NCBI GenBank assembly: GCA_964016885.1
Contig: OZ024740.1
Coordinates: 106,144,001 to 106,208,000 of the forward strand
Source: Eledone cirrhosa
Taxonomy: Eukaryota
DNA length: 64,000 bases
Reading direction: 5' to 3'
The position numbers and the translations under genes are program-made. A model generated the notes under the pieces. The model was not told where the DNA came from. It was given only the letters and a program-made list of their open reading frames with translations, and did no database searches. The first letter of the stretch is position 1. Every line of letters begins with the position of its first letter. Of this stretch, positions 1 through 15,741 are shown in pieces.

Positions 1-41
<41 letters not shown>

Positions 42-205
42 CATATGTATATTCACAAATATGCATACACCTACATACATATATATGCATGAAAGTATAT
101 GTATACTTACCTTATATACATACACAGACACACACAAATATATATACATACATAGATATATGTATGTATATGAGTGTGTGTGTATGTATATATTCATGTA
201 TGTAT
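1..205. repeat. (TG)n/(TA)n compound microsatellite
   Basis: Direct dinucleotide runs; the ORFs here are CV/YI artefacts. Confidence 0.95.
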
Positions 206-642
206 AACGTTTTTACGGGTGAATGACCGGGAAGACCATAAATCAAGGTAATACACAATGCATTATAAGTTGCAGAGTAGGATTTTATACAATATATAGT
301 CCCAATGGAAGGCTCCCTCCATTTTAAATTATTACACTCTCTCGCTCCATCTCGCTGTCTCTCTCTCACTCTCTCTCTCACGTTCTCTCTCTCTTTCTCT
401 CTCTTTCTCTCTCTCTCCCTCTCTCTCTCTATTTATCTCTCTCTCAATATATTTATATATAAATATATATCCGTATGTGGTTGACGGCTGAGTAAAAGGA
501 GTACTCAATACCGAAGGATTGACATGGTGGTGGTGGTGGCAGTGAAAACAGAAGGTAATAAAGTTTGGTAGCCATAGAATTTTAACTGGTTAACGGGTAT
601 GGCCATGGAATATGTATGTATGTGTGTGAATGCGTGTGTGTG

Positions 643-676
<34 letters not shown>

Positions 677-839
677 TGTGTCTGTGTCTGTGTGTGGGGG
701 GGGGTGCGTGTGTGCGTGTGTGCGTGTGTGTGTGTGTGTGTGTAGGAGCCTAAGCTAAACTCCACGTGGACAAAAACAATTCCACAGATTTTTCAGGCTG
801 GATAACAATCAAGGTGGCTTCCACTTGCTTGATGCTCTT

Positions 840-1158
840 ACCACCATCAACAACAACACTCCCACCATCATCATCACCACTACCACCATCATCACCACTA
901 CCACCATCATCACCACCGCCATCACCACAACTACCCCACCTTCACCACCACTACCACCAACACCAACTCCACCATTACCATTACCATCACAACTACCACC
1001 ATCATCACCATACCACTACCAACAACAACACCATCCCCCACCACCACTACCATCACCAACACCACCAACACCAATACCAACACCACTCACCACCATCATC
1101 ACCACTACCACCAACACGCCACCAACAACACCAATACCACCCCCACTTCTCCCCACCC
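840..1158. repeat. Degenerate (CAC/CAT/CAA)n trinucleotide repeat
   Basis: Runs of ccaccatca/caacaa; the Pro/His/Thr-rich ORFs are artefacts. Confidence 0.9.
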
Positions 1159-1159
1159 A

Positions 1160-1838
1160 GTTGAGAAATACCACTGAATGCCGAAGCTGGAGCATTACTG
1201 TAACGGCTCCTACTATTCTTGCACTTAATTCAGCCTCCTGCCTTCCATCACTCGTGAACACGGCCCCGAGAGACTTGAACTTCTCTAACTGCTTCAGTGA
1301 AACTTCATTCACATGTAGAGTGCACTGTGCAGGCTTCCTTGAGAGGACGAGTGTCTCAGTTTTCGCAGCACTGATTTTCATTCCAGCTATGTAGCACTTG
1401 GCATCAAACCTATCGGGTGCAAGTCGGAGATCACCTTCTGTCACGTTAAGTAACCTATGTCGTCTGAAAATTCCAGCCGACTGATTTTACATCCACCAGT
1501 CATGATACCACTTCCAACCCGGCTGCATATGTCAATTCTGTTTATGTAAATAATGAACAGAAGAGGTAACAGTACGCAGCCGACCAAATATTCACCCTGC
1601 GGCAGGTCTTCGAGAAATCGTGGGAATATTGCCAAGAGGTATACTCTTGTTTTGTAGACATTGAAAACGCATATAACCGCGTTCCTAGGTACCTAGTGTG
1701 GAAGGTTCTGCAGTACTATGGGATCGATGGTCGGCTTTTGCTACACTGATGTCCCTATACGAATGCTCGAGCATTTGCTTTCGGATAAATCGTGCTAAAT
1801 CGAAACCATTCAATGTGGGTATCGGACTCCATCAAGGG
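1160..1838 (-). mobile_element. RTE-type non-LTR retrotransposon RT fragment with inverted 5' segment
   Basis: Minus strand from 1581 down: GCVLLPLLFIIY...EFSDD...GMKISAAKTETLVL...FKSLGAVFTSDG. Plus strand 1582-1838: DQIFTLRQVFEKSWEY...FVDIENAYNRVPR...GIGLHQG. Confidence 0.85.
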
Positions 1839-2799
1839 ATATGCATATATGTTTACAATAAATTCATAGACCTCTAAATGCATATATCTACACGCACACA
1901 TATGTACACCCATTTGACTCACTAATGTTCTAATTTAAAGCACAAATGTACTATTTTTTTTTTCATTTCATAAAAATAGATATGTTCTAATTCAGAACAC
2001 TCATCCTATATCGTTTCACTCATACACCGTTTGAATCCATTACTACTTTTCTTTAATATGGTCTTTTTACTGCAGGAGCGGTTGAAAGTCGCAATTTCTT
2101 ATTCGTGGATTATTCTAGGTTAAATTAGATTCCTATGCCAACATTTTTGAGGATTTGTTGAGAAATGTATATCATATATACTATAAAATGTTTTATTTAT
2201 ATATTACACACATACAAATATGTATAAAATATAATATATAAAAATCTACAACATATGTAACGTGCAAACAAATATGCTAAAACGCACATAGTTCGACTTT
2301 CTACTGTCTCAACTATTTTCAATAGCTTTCATAAGTATAGAATAATTAATTGATTACGTAAATTATCTTGTTTAGACTATGGTATAAATAACGTGAAGAA
2401 TATGCCTGAGGAAATATACTTTGACTAACTGAAATTGATAAACATCCGCTAATTCATATCCTTCTTCAAATATCTAATAACGATAAATTTGTTTTACCAA
2501 TGCCATAGCCAAACATCGTTTGACGTCATAGCGTTTCCGATTGACAGTCGGCCATTTTGTTCGGTTTGTTCATATCTATTTATCCTTCAGTTAACGACCT
2601 TTCTTCCAAGTTTCACATCTTGCATTTTATTCAGTTTTATTTATCAACTCTTCTTTCCTATTAATTTTACTTGTTTTAATATTATATTGTATAGCGATTA
2701 CTTTAGGCATCTATTTCTTTATTTCAGCGAAATATGTTCCGGAGGCTTTGTTTTTCTCTTCTTGGCTTTCAGTTGTATAATTCCTGCTAATATTATGTT

Positions 2800-3022
2800 T
2801 AGGGCGGTGGATTGGCAATATCGGTAGAGCGTCGCACGACATGCTTTGAGGCATAGAGTTATTTCCCTTTACGTTCTGAGTTCAAATGCCGCCGACGTTA
2901 GCTGTGCCTTTCATCCTTAAGGGTTCGATAAAATAAAGCACCAGTAAGGCACTGGGGTCGATTTAATCGACTTTCCTCTTCCCTCAAATTGCTGGTCTTG
3001 TGCCTATATCAGACACCATTAT
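2800..3022 (+). mobile_element. tRNA-derived SINE (older subfamily)
   Basis: A/B-box-like head (tggcaatatcggtag; gagttcaaatgcc) and core gcctttcatcc...gataaaataaa..accag; homologous to copies at 35313, 43237, 53750, 61735 and 61958. Confidence 0.8.
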
Positions 3023-3516
3023 TATGTAAGTGTTTTGGCAGAAAAGTAAATTTCTAATTCTAATTAGATTTGCTTTACTTCAATGGTTTCTAACGTGTGG
3101 TCAGCAGGCTTCTGGAGATCCCCAATAACTACTGAAATCAAAGTTTCAAGAAGCTATAGTCTAATATGTATAATTTCTCCCCATAAGATCGATAATGGTA
3201 ATCTTCCAAAATTCCAAAGACGGAAAACTAGGAACTCAAATTTGGATTTTATTGTTAGTTCTAAAATAATCGGCTTCAGTAGGCAGACTTTTCAAACGTC
3301 TACGGTCAGTGGAAAAATTAATTCAAATAATTCAAATAAGAAAGATTATTCCTGGTGGAATATTCCTTGTGGGACACTGTTTTACTTGTTTAATCAGTCC
3401 TTTTCTAAACCCACGAACATTAAAAAATCTTCAAAATCCGAAGCTCCATAAACCTTTCTTTATTTTTGTTTCGGTGATAATAAAATAGTCATTCTCTGCA
3501 CCTCAAAGAAAAGATT

Positions 3517-3880
3517 TGTTGTTTAGCTTCAGATCAAACCTGATCAAGCTAGCTTATGACCATGACCAAAGGCGTTTCAGTGATAACCATCCTGTTTCTT
3601 TGCTTTTGTTCTGTTGTTTTGTTGTTGTTGTTTTTTTTTGGCGGGTTGGGGCTCTAAAACTACTTTATCTCTAATGCGTGCCCATCTATCTTTAAGACAG
3701 TGTATTGTTATCTGAGCCTCAATCTACGCATTCTGAAATGAAGGCAAAATGCCAAAGGAACCTTGTGTAGTTCTAAACTACTGTGTAGTCCTAAAAACCA
3801 CTTAAACGGCGAAACAGCCATGACTGGAATGTCTTTAACCACAGATCTGCTGACAGGACTAAACTTGAGCTAAACATCAA
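3517..3880. mobile_element. Putative MITE with degenerate ~70 bp terminal inverted repeats
   Basis: Left gttgtttagcttcagatca...accaaaggcgtttcag..accat is roughly the reverse complement of right catgactggaatgtctttaacc...ttgagctaaacatcaac; related arms at 62755-63090. Confidence 0.55.
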
Positions 3881-3916
3881 CAGCAATAACAACAGCCATT
3901 TGACTTTACATTACAT

Positions 3917-4006
3917 GGCACCAACATTATTTCAGACTTTGCACCAACATTATTTCAGACTTGACACCGACATTATTTAAGACATGGCACCAACATTATT
4001 TCAGAC
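3917..4006 (+). repeat. ~21-22 bp minisatellite, 4 copies
   Basis: gcaccaacattatttcagac repeated. Confidence 0.85.
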
Positions 4007-6842
4007 CATAAGAATATTACGAATCTTTTATACATTAAAATCTGTTATTATAATTATTGCAACGTTAGGGTGTCTTTTCGTGTCATCTGCCTCGTAATGT
4101 ACCATGGTTAATTTGGTGGAGTTCCTGCCTCTCTGGGTTGTTAGCTATGGCTATGAATTGCTCCTACGTGAAACAAATGAAATAAAATTTCACAACATGG
4201 AATCGAGCGTGCTTACATTGCAGATTCGGTGGGGGTGTTTTCGTCTCTCTGTTTGTCTATAATTTACCACCAAACGTCTGCTCTCACCCTTTTCTACATT
4301 ACCTCGTTTTCATTTGTATTCTGTCTTTGTTTGATATCTTGTTTAAAAGTCTCATTATATTTTATTCATTCCAATATCTCGCGTTTTCCTTTTGTCTGTA
4401 TAATTCAAGGAATAGACTTTTTTTATTTCTTCTTTCTAGCCATCTCATAAATATTTTTATCGAGTTCTTTTTAACTGTGATATTAATGTGAATTTAAATA
4501 TATTTCGGTTTCAAGTGTGTTATCTTTTTCTCTTTTTTTTTCCTTTTCCAATTTTCTATTTTCATTCATTCTTCTAAAGTGCATTTCATTTTCTAAGGAT
4601 TTTTTCCTCCCTAATGTTTGTTGTAGTAGTATGAAAAAGTGTTTCCAATAATATTTGCTGTTGTTGTTGACGATCGCACTGTTTTTCTCCGCCTTCTCAC
4701 TGTTTGCACGATTTGATTCCATGATACCTGCACCAATCAATTTTATTTTATTTACGCTTTTTTAAAAGGTCTCTCTAAACGATTCTTTATTGGTTTGGAT
4801 TAAACTTGCGATTCACATTTACATAGATTTTTTTTCTTATTTTTTAAAGCAACACCACCAATAAAATTGTACAAACAATTTATTTGTATTGTTGTGAAGT
4901 TTTCAAATGTAAATTTTGTTCTAGTTAGAAATTGAATGTTACAGATCTTAACATGATAGCTTAAAGAAATAGTTTAAACTTTTAAAATAATGCAATATTT
5001 TGAAATCTGCAGAACAACATTAATTTTCGGTTTCGATCAATTGTGGTTCAATAACAGACATGTTAGGCCAAAAGAAATGTTGCGCCTCATCATACCCGCT
5101 TTTGGGTTTAATGCAACCACCACCACCACCACCACCACACACATACACAAACACATACTTTACTCCAACTCCTGTAGAGTCAATATTTTTGCGATGATGC
5201 ATAGTCAATTTAATCCCAATTTACATATTACTGCTATCTCTTTTATCGTCCCTCGGATACTTTAGACAAAACAAATAAGCACCGAAACTGAATATTGAAG
5301 AGATGTCTACCGTATTCTATATGTAAAACTACAATATTATTTGCTCCCTTTTTACACCCTAAATTTGATTTTAATTTTTAAATAGGTTCATAAGCTCGAT
5401 ATGAAATCGGTTTACATTTTAGGTGAATTATGTGTAAAGATAAAGAATTGGAATGGTTTTGACAGTATCTGAAATCATGGAATCATAGGAACATGTAGTC
5501 TATATTTAAAAAAAAGAAAGTAGCGAGATTTATAGCGTGTATATTTTGTGTAAGTTAAAAGTCTTTCTTTAGTCTAAAGGCTCGTGAGATGAGAGCTTCT
5601 CTCAGATTCATGTAGCGTTAAGTAACTACGATTACAAGATGCCAGTCGGTCACATGATTACTCAGCCGCTATTAGCACTCATTTTTGCAGCTGAGTATGG
5701 AATGACCAAGTTCAAAGAAATAAAATCACATATTCAAAGCCGCAAAAACTCATAACCGAAACAAAATAGGATAAAAGAGATGTAATAGAAACGGATCAAA
5801 ACGATTCTCGTTTAGTGGAAATTGGCTAAAACTGGAAATAATAGAGAAGCTAGCAACAGTATTGCAACAAGTACAAACAGACAAAAATTGCATTAGAGTA
5901 ACAAGTAGGACGGTCAAAGCATGTACATAAAACATGTACATTTGTTCTGAAATATTTACAGAAGGTAAACTGCATCTCTATCGGAGCACAATCGAAACAT
6001 GAATAATAAAAATACTAATATATATATTAACTTGATGATAATATACAAAGCAAAATCTTCCATAAATGGTTCCGTAATATACCTGTACAGAGCTAAAAAA
6101 CATAATATTGTGTAACAAATGTACTTTGCGTTAAAACACCAGATTAAATGCATTTTTGAAAAAAAGGGTGGCCGGAACTTCAAATAGAGCAAAAATCAAA
6201 GTATCCAACGGCAGCTGAAATATAACAGTAAAGGGATCCCAACATCAAAGAAAAGATAAAAGAAATTAATCCATGAAAAATGTTAAACTGTTTAGATATA
6301 AATTATATATATATTTTTTTAATCTTTTATGACCGTTGATATAAAATAGCAGTTATATACATATCAACAACATTGAAAATAAAAGAGAATCCTAGCTCGG
6401 CAGGAAGACTTATCCCAACAGTGTCACTGTGCACCAAAGCCAAAGGGAGCATATCTCTCCTTAATGCCGGATCAGATAAAAGGAATTTCATCCTGAGACT
6501 GAAAGAAAGGCGATTCCGTTTATCATAAATCAGGCAATTATGCAGGGTCCTACATGATGCCAATAGGGCAAGTAAGGAATAAGTCTAACTAAATGCCACT
6601 CACAACAGCGGTTTGGCAAGAATGTTTAAGGCCTTGTGCTATCAACATGGCCTTTTATGTCTGAGGCTTTTATGTCTTTACAAATACCATTGGAATATTG
6701 TTAACAAGAGTGGTGAAACATATGTATGTATGTGCGCCTAAAATTTTACAGTTTTACACACACACACACTCATGGACACAAGCAAGCACGCACATACATA
6801 TATAAACACACTCACACACACATAAATATTATATATACATAC

Positions 6843-6929
<87 letters not shown>

Positions 6930-6979
6930 CTTTTTAACTCAATATATACTTTTGATATATATATATATCAAAAGTATAT

Positions 6980-7780
6980 ATTGAGTTAAAAAGTCACAGT
7001 AGTCCCTTATAATTAAAATAGCTCCGAGCCGTATAATAAAATAAAGAGAGAAAAACACAAATATATACATTTATGCGTTCGAATTACAAGGGACGTATAT
7101 CACCAGGATGAAGAAAATACTAACTATGGATAATAGGGTTATCACCAGGATGAAGAAAATACTAACTATGGATAATAGGGTTATCACCAGGATGAAGAAA
7201 ATACTAACTATGGATAATAGGGTTATCACCAGGATGAAGAAAATACTAACTATGGATAATAGGGTTATCACCAGGATGAAGAAAATACTAACTATGGATA
7301 ATAGGGTTATCACCAGGATGAAGAAAATACTAACTATGGATAATAGGGTTATCACCAGGATGAAGAAAATACTAACTATGGATAATATGGTTATCACCAG
7401 GATGAAGAAAATACTAACTATGGATAATAGGGTTATCACCAGGATGAAGAAAATACTAACTATGGATAATAGGGTTCCCTAGACACAAATAAAAGGATAA
7501 ATTAAGAATACAAACCGAAATGTGATAATTATCAACACCAAGACAGCTTTTGTATAACTGTTTCGCAATTAAGTGTAGCGCATTACTAATCCAATGCTCT
7601 TCAGTGGATGTTCAGATCAGCATTCTCATCACTACTAAATATCGTAGAAGACGAGACAACTCGCGTATTTTAAGAGAAAAAACACACTGTCATCGCGCTA
7701 TATATATTGTCCAATTTCTTCATCCTGGCGGTATACGTCCCTTGTAATTTGAACAGATATATCTGTGTTTTTCTCTCTTT
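6980..7780 (-). mobile_element. Short ORF-less fold-back element (probable PLE terminal repeat) containing a 39-bp array
   Basis: 7042-7119 is inverted relative to 7714-7780; homologous to 47113-47277 and 60503-60958; flanked by (TA)n. Confidence 0.6.
7098..7476 (+). repeat. 39-bp tandem minisatellite, about 10 near-identical copies
   Basis: Unit tatcaccaggatgaagaaaatactaactatggataatagggt; one substitution in one copy. Confidence 0.95.
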
Positions 7781-7953
7781 ATATATATATATATATACAT
7801 ATAGACAGATAGATAGAGAGACAGAGAGACAGAGAGACAGAGAGAGAGATATGAATACACCCATATATATGTATGTGTGGGTATGTGAACATTCACATAT
7901 TTGTAAATCTATTTGCGATATATATATATATAAATATAATTTCAGCGAGATCG

Positions 7954-8053
<100 letters not shown>

Positions 8054-8071
8054 TATATATATATATATATA

Positions 8072-8455
8072 AAAATGGAAAAAATGATATTTCATTTCCC
8101 ACTCTTAGTACGGCTGCTACTTAAATGTAAGTATGTATACGTACATAGATATATGTATACAGACGTACAGTAGTATGTATATATACATACATGCACACAT
8201 ATATATACGTACGTATGGATTTAACGAACATTTATTATAATGCTCGGTTTGTTTGTAAACAAACAGCCCGAATTATTAGCCGTACATCGTTGCTCTTTTG
8301 TTCAACACTGACAAAGGAACGATGATCTAGATTCTAGCTTATTAGCTGTCATCAGCACCGTATACCTTCCTCTCAGTCGATTGAACGTTTGAAAGTATAT
8401 ACTTTCCTTATGCATATTAACGGCTGAGTAGCCTAATTTGCGTATCGAGTGAGTT
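8072..8455 (-). mobile_element. Diverged copy of the ~425-bp HHR repeat family (retrozyme-like)
   Basis: Homologous to 22623-23320 and 51805-52466; degenerate HHR at ~8320-8360. Confidence 0.75.
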
Positions 8456-8456
8456 G

Positions 8457-10290
<1,834 letters not shown>

Positions 10291-11106
10291 TTGAATATTT
10301 TACTCTTGATTTGGCCAGAGATGTATATTTCCAGATACTTTTTAAGCGTAACTTTCCGTATTTATTATTATTATGAAATAGTGATTGTTATTTTGGTATC
10401 ATATCTCTGTTTTTAGCCTAAGAAAATATCTATATGCGTGTATAATTAATACATTCATACATTTATTTTTTAAAAATCTAATTGAGTTCTTAACACGCAA
10501 GGTTAAAATTGTTGAAAAAATTAATTGACCCACGTGTAAATTATTTTACTTTCTTGTGTTTCGCGATTGCCTCACTTTTCCGCTTCGTGACGCTGTGAAA
10601 TTCCTCATTCTGAGACTGCTGGAATTTCAAATTTGCCGGTCATTATGATGCGTGGAGGGACAATTAGCTGACACGAAAACTGACAGCGGCAAAAGATTTT
10701 TTGTTATATCAATGTTTGACGGGCATCCACTGATGATTTATAAGTGCCCACCTGCATGTGTTCTTACAGAAAAATATGCAGGCTTCTACATAAACCGGAC
10801 ACATTCTCCCAACTTGTAGAAAACTTGTAATGAAACAATTGTTTGGAAAGAGAGATATATTTTAATTTTAATTATATCTCATATAAAATAATACAACTGG
10901 CTTTCCACAAAATACATATAGTTAGCACCCCAAACATAAAATTGGATTTATACTAAGGTATACCCTAATGTTTGTTGAGTGAGATGGTAGCCAGTCAGAG
11001 TATAGCTTAAGGTTTTCTCTGTTATTGTATTGAATATGTATATATATATATTTATATATATACATGGCCTCAGCCGGATGGCTGAAACAGGTAAAAGAGT
11101 AAAAGA

Positions 11107-11218
<112 letters not shown>

Positions 11219-11291
11219 ATATCCTGTTAAGGGTGAAAGCAGCGATTCTTGGCTTAAACTTTAATCTGTTATTTTAATAAATATATATATG

Positions 11292-11347
<56 letters not shown>

Positions 11348-11386
11348 CATATATGTATATATATATATATATATATATAAATATAT

Positions 11387-11477
<91 letters not shown>

Positions 11478-11680
11478 AATATATATACATATATGTAGAA
11501 GTTCAATTTAAATTGTTGGGATACAACAAGCAAATATTATTAGTAATACACTGGGATAATTGCTGGCCATGTGCCAAAAGTAGAAACAATTATTATAACT
11601 GATATAAAGCACTCAAAAATATATTGAAGTAAAAATACGATATATTAACAAATGGAAACTATATTTATAAAACCATATTT

Positions 11681-11743
11681 ATTTGAATATACATATTTCA
11701 AGGACACCAAGTTAAAATTATAGTGTGCTTTCATCAGATAAAA
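11681..11743 (-). ncRNA. Degenerate type I hammerhead ribozyme
   Basis: Minus strand: CTGATGA-AAGCACAC..GTGTCCTT-GAA-ATATGTAT-A; helix I is poorly paired. Confidence 0.5.
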
Positions 11744-12557
11744 TATAATATAGAGCAGTTTTATAAATAAATATTGACATACCCTTAAAGAATGCGACCA
11801 TTTCTGTTGGAAGCTCCCGGATAGTGTGGTTATAAATTTATTTATACTATTATACAAATTCGTGTCGGATATTTTTAAAATAAGCCGTTGGGCATGGAGA
11901 AAAGGAAAAGAAAAGAAAGAGAAAAAGAAAAAAGAGAAAAAAAGAGGCAACTCTAAGAGGAAAATAAGAAAACAAGAAAAAGAGAAAGAGAAAGAGGAGA
12001 AAAAAAGAGAAAAGAGAAAGAGAAAGAGAAAGCTCTAAGTGATAGGTTGTTGTATTAGCTTAACTTTTAAGATGAAGTGAAAAAATAAATCTTTATTGCA
12101 TGAATAAAGAAGTGTAAATAAGAGTAAATAAGCGTGAATGGAAAATAAGTAATAACAGGAGAATTTTAACCAGTGTTTAAATATGATTGAATGTTTAGTT
12201 TATCAGTTAAAATTATACATTAAATTATTGAGATCTATACATTAACAATTAAAAACTCTATATATTATTAAAACTATATATTATTATTAAAAATCTATAT
12301 ATTATTAAAAGAATATATTCATATATATACATACGCACACATAGATATATATACATATAAATATATATATATACCTACAGATACATACATATACATACAT
12401 ACAATAGAGGACTTTTTATGTTTAAGATATAGGAATTTTCCTAAACTTATAGATTTTTCGGAGAAACCCGTAGAAAAGCCGGAGAAAATCATTTCTATGT
12501 AATATATATGTATATATATATGCATATATATGTATATATATATATATAAATATATAT

Positions 12558-12591
<34 letters not shown>

Positions 12592-13018
12592 AGTTAAAAA
12601 AATAGAGGTGTAACACACAAGTTATTATATATTGGTAAACGGAATAGAAAATGCTGACAAATTGTTCACAGTGAAAAATAGTTTAATTAGGAATAAATGA
12701 GAATTAGTAATTGTATTGGTTAGTATTCAGTTTTGGTTTTAAGTTTTACCGGTTGCGCATTTCTAAATGCTTTTCAAAAATAATTTTGAGATAGAGCGTC
12801 CGTGATGTTTGCTCTGATCTGATTAGTTTTGGGAATTCTACCTGTTTTTATGTTAAAAAAGTGGCTCCAGCGCTATTAAAATTGGTTTTTTGCGCCAATT
12901 CGTGTTGCAAAAATTCTTGTGGTCAAAACAATTTTGATTGGTCGGTAGAGGTCATGTGAATGTAAAAAATTGATTTTGCCCCAAGACTGAGAAATGACTC
13001 TTTCAAAACAAATATGTG

Positions 13019-13070
<52 letters not shown>

Positions 13071-13265
13071 TGTGTAGCAGAGTAATTCGTGGTAGAGGGA
13101 TGGTCAGTAGGAATGTATCTGTAAGTGAGTGAGGGATATTTTAACATGTTAAAAGATATTTTTCAGCTTTTGTCTTATACGGAGAAGTGTGTGTGTGTCT
13201 GTGTGTGTGTGTGTGTGTATATAAGTCTCTTTGTATGTTAATGTACGCGTGTGTATGTGTGTGTG

Positions 13266-13303
<38 letters not shown>

Positions 13304-13595
13304 TGTGTGTATGTGTGTGTGGGTGGACCAGTATTTTTTTCCTTGTAAAATGGTGTACATTATTCGATATTTTCAGTAAAATCGATTCTCTCAATAGAAC
13401 ATCAAAAACCTTAACAATAAAAGGTGTGAAATGATATTCTCTATATATATATATATATATATACATATATATATTCACTATATATATATATATATTATAT
13501 ATATTTGTGTTGCACCATAGAACATGTGTGTTTACGTATGTCATTGTGTTTATATGTGGGTATGTATGTTGACGTGTGTATGTTGTGGGTTCGTC

Positions 13596-13889
13596 TTAGG
13601 GAGAAGTGTTTAGACGGGGTCCGTATTTGTTAATAAAGTAAGATTCCTTGCTGATGCGTTGGGTGTGGGTGGCATTATCTTTAAATTTATAGAGGGGAAA
13701 GATTCTGAAGTTGGGATGATTTTGGGCGGCACAGGTATCAATGTGTTCACTCAGTGGTATTTTCCTGTATTCCCGTATTTTAATTTGGGATCTATGGACA
13801 GTCATGCGTTGGCGGAGGCTGTTTTTGGTCTGGCCTATGTATTGTTCTCGACAACCTGAGCAAGTTAATACATATATTAGATTTTCCAA
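13596..13889 (-). pseudogene. PLE GIY-YIG endonuclease domain
   Basis: NLIYVLTCSGCREQYIGQT...LRQRMTVH...LN, with a CDRPNCGIC linker upstream (~13970-13995). Confidence 0.9.
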
Positions 13890-14489
13890 TGCACATGAGA
13901 AATTGTGTTTTACTATAAAACGTTGTCCTTCTTTGAAATAGAATTCCGAACCCTCTATTAGGTTGATGCAAATGCCACAGTTGGGTCTATCGCATTTTTT
14001 ACTGTGGGTTTCGTTGTTGTGGTTGGCAGTACTTTGGCATGTGTTAGGATGTTTTTCATTGACTTAGATTGTCTTTTGCTCTTTATGATATCGTGTGTTC
14101 GTAGGATTTGGTTCATTCTATGGTCCTTTTTCAACACAGGGATGTTCTGGAGGATGGTGTCAAAGGCCTCATTGTTGAGGGGGTTGTGTGTGGAGATGTA
14201 TGGAAGAGCTTTTAGTTTCGGTTGGTTTACTTTAGGGTGTCTAAGGTCCTGGGTACTGAGTTTTAGGGCACGTTGGATTCTATTGTCAATTAGTGATGCA
14301 GGGTAGTCCCTGCCTATGAGTGTGTCCTTTAGTTCCTGTAGCCGTAAGTAGCAGGTGTTTTTATTGGAGACTATAGTACAGATTTCTTGGCTAAGTTGTA
14401 GGGAATATTAATTTTAACGTGTCTAGGGTGGCAAGATTTGAAAGGAAGATATTGCTTGGAGTCTGTGGGCTTGTAGTATATGTCTGTTT

Positions 14490-15741
14490 CTATTTTTTGT
14501 TATGGATCTTAATGAGGATGTCGAGGAAAGGGAGTTGTTGATGGCTGTATTCCATCGTGAAGTTAATATTCGTGTTGAGCCCATTTATAAGGGTGTGAAA
14601 TTCTTTAAGTTTTTCGATGTTTTCGTGCCAAAGGATGAAGCAGTCATCTAGATATCGCTTCCAGTTCCTTTCTATGTGTAAGTGGAGAGTATTTCCAAAT
14701 TTGTTTAGGACTTTAGTGTAGAGGGTGATTTCCAGGTATCCCATGACTAGGTTGGCATAGTGGGGGCTGTTTTTTCGTTCCCATAGCGGTCCCAGATTTC
14801 TGCCTGTAGGGTTTGTTATTGAAAACGAAATAATTGTTCTCCAAGATAAATTTGAGTCCCTCTATCACGAATTCTTTTTTGATGCGTTGTGGGAGTTCAT
14901 TGTGGCAATTATCCAGCCAGAATTGGATAGCTTCTATTCCTAGGTTGTGGGGGATGTTGGAGTATAGGTTGACTACATCGAACATCACTAGTAGGGTTTG
15001 TTCAGAAAGTGGCATATTAGGGAGGTGATTGAGCATATCTAGGTCGTCCCTTATATAGCTTTTGATGTGTTTGAGAAAGGGCTTGAGAAGGGTATCAATG
15101 AAGTTGCTAAGGCGGTGGGTTTCGCAAGCGGGGCCTGCTATTATAGGTCTTAATTTGAGATCATTGGGTGAGGGGACATTGATGACTATGTCTGTGGCTT
15201 CCTTGCATGCCTTACTTATTAATTCGCTTTTATGTACTTTAGGGATACCGTAGAAAAGGCTGGATTTACTTGTGAAGTCTGTGATGAAGCTGAATTCCTT
15301 GTTAGTGAGTCCTTCTTTGTATTGGTTGATTAGAGTTTTTAGGTTTCTCATAATTTTCTGTTGATTGTAGTGTTCAGCCTTTTCGTAGTATGTTTCGTTT
15401 TCCAAAGTGGAGAGCGCTAATTTGATATATAATTCTGTCTCCATTAGGACTACTGTACACCCTTTATCAGCCTCTTTAATTGTAATGGTTCTGTCGGTTT
15501 TTAATCTATTTAATTCTTCCCATTCTTTCTTGTTGAGGTTTGGCTTGTGTTTTTGTCTGTGCAAGTGTTGGTAAGGGAAGTTTGTGATGTGTTCACAGAA
15601 TTCGTCCAGGATTTTATTTCTACCTTTTGATGGGGTGTAATTGCTTCTATTTCTGGCTAATGATTCATCCTCATTGTACTGTTCGAATAGTTGTTCACTG
15701 AGTCGTAACTTTCTACAGAAGTCTGAGATGTCTTCTTTCAT
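14490..15741 (-). pseudogene. PLE reverse transcriptase (frameshifted)
   Basis: IKEADKG, FYGIPKVHK, LRPIIAG, FDVVNLYSNI, GTAMGT, then a frameshift, WKRYLDD, LPFLD. Confidence 0.92.

Noticed and set aside
766-1394. Pro/His/Thr-rich ORFs
   Set aside because: Trinucleotide repeat fused to the antisense strand of a LINE fragment
3083-6563. Short ORFs possibly from an old LINE or host gene
   Set aside because: No diagnostic motifs recognised
7098-7476. 39-bp repeats as a CRISPR array or repeat protein gene
   Set aside because: No spacers and no cas genes, in a eukaryotic context; ORFs on both strands follow from a stop-free 39-bp unit
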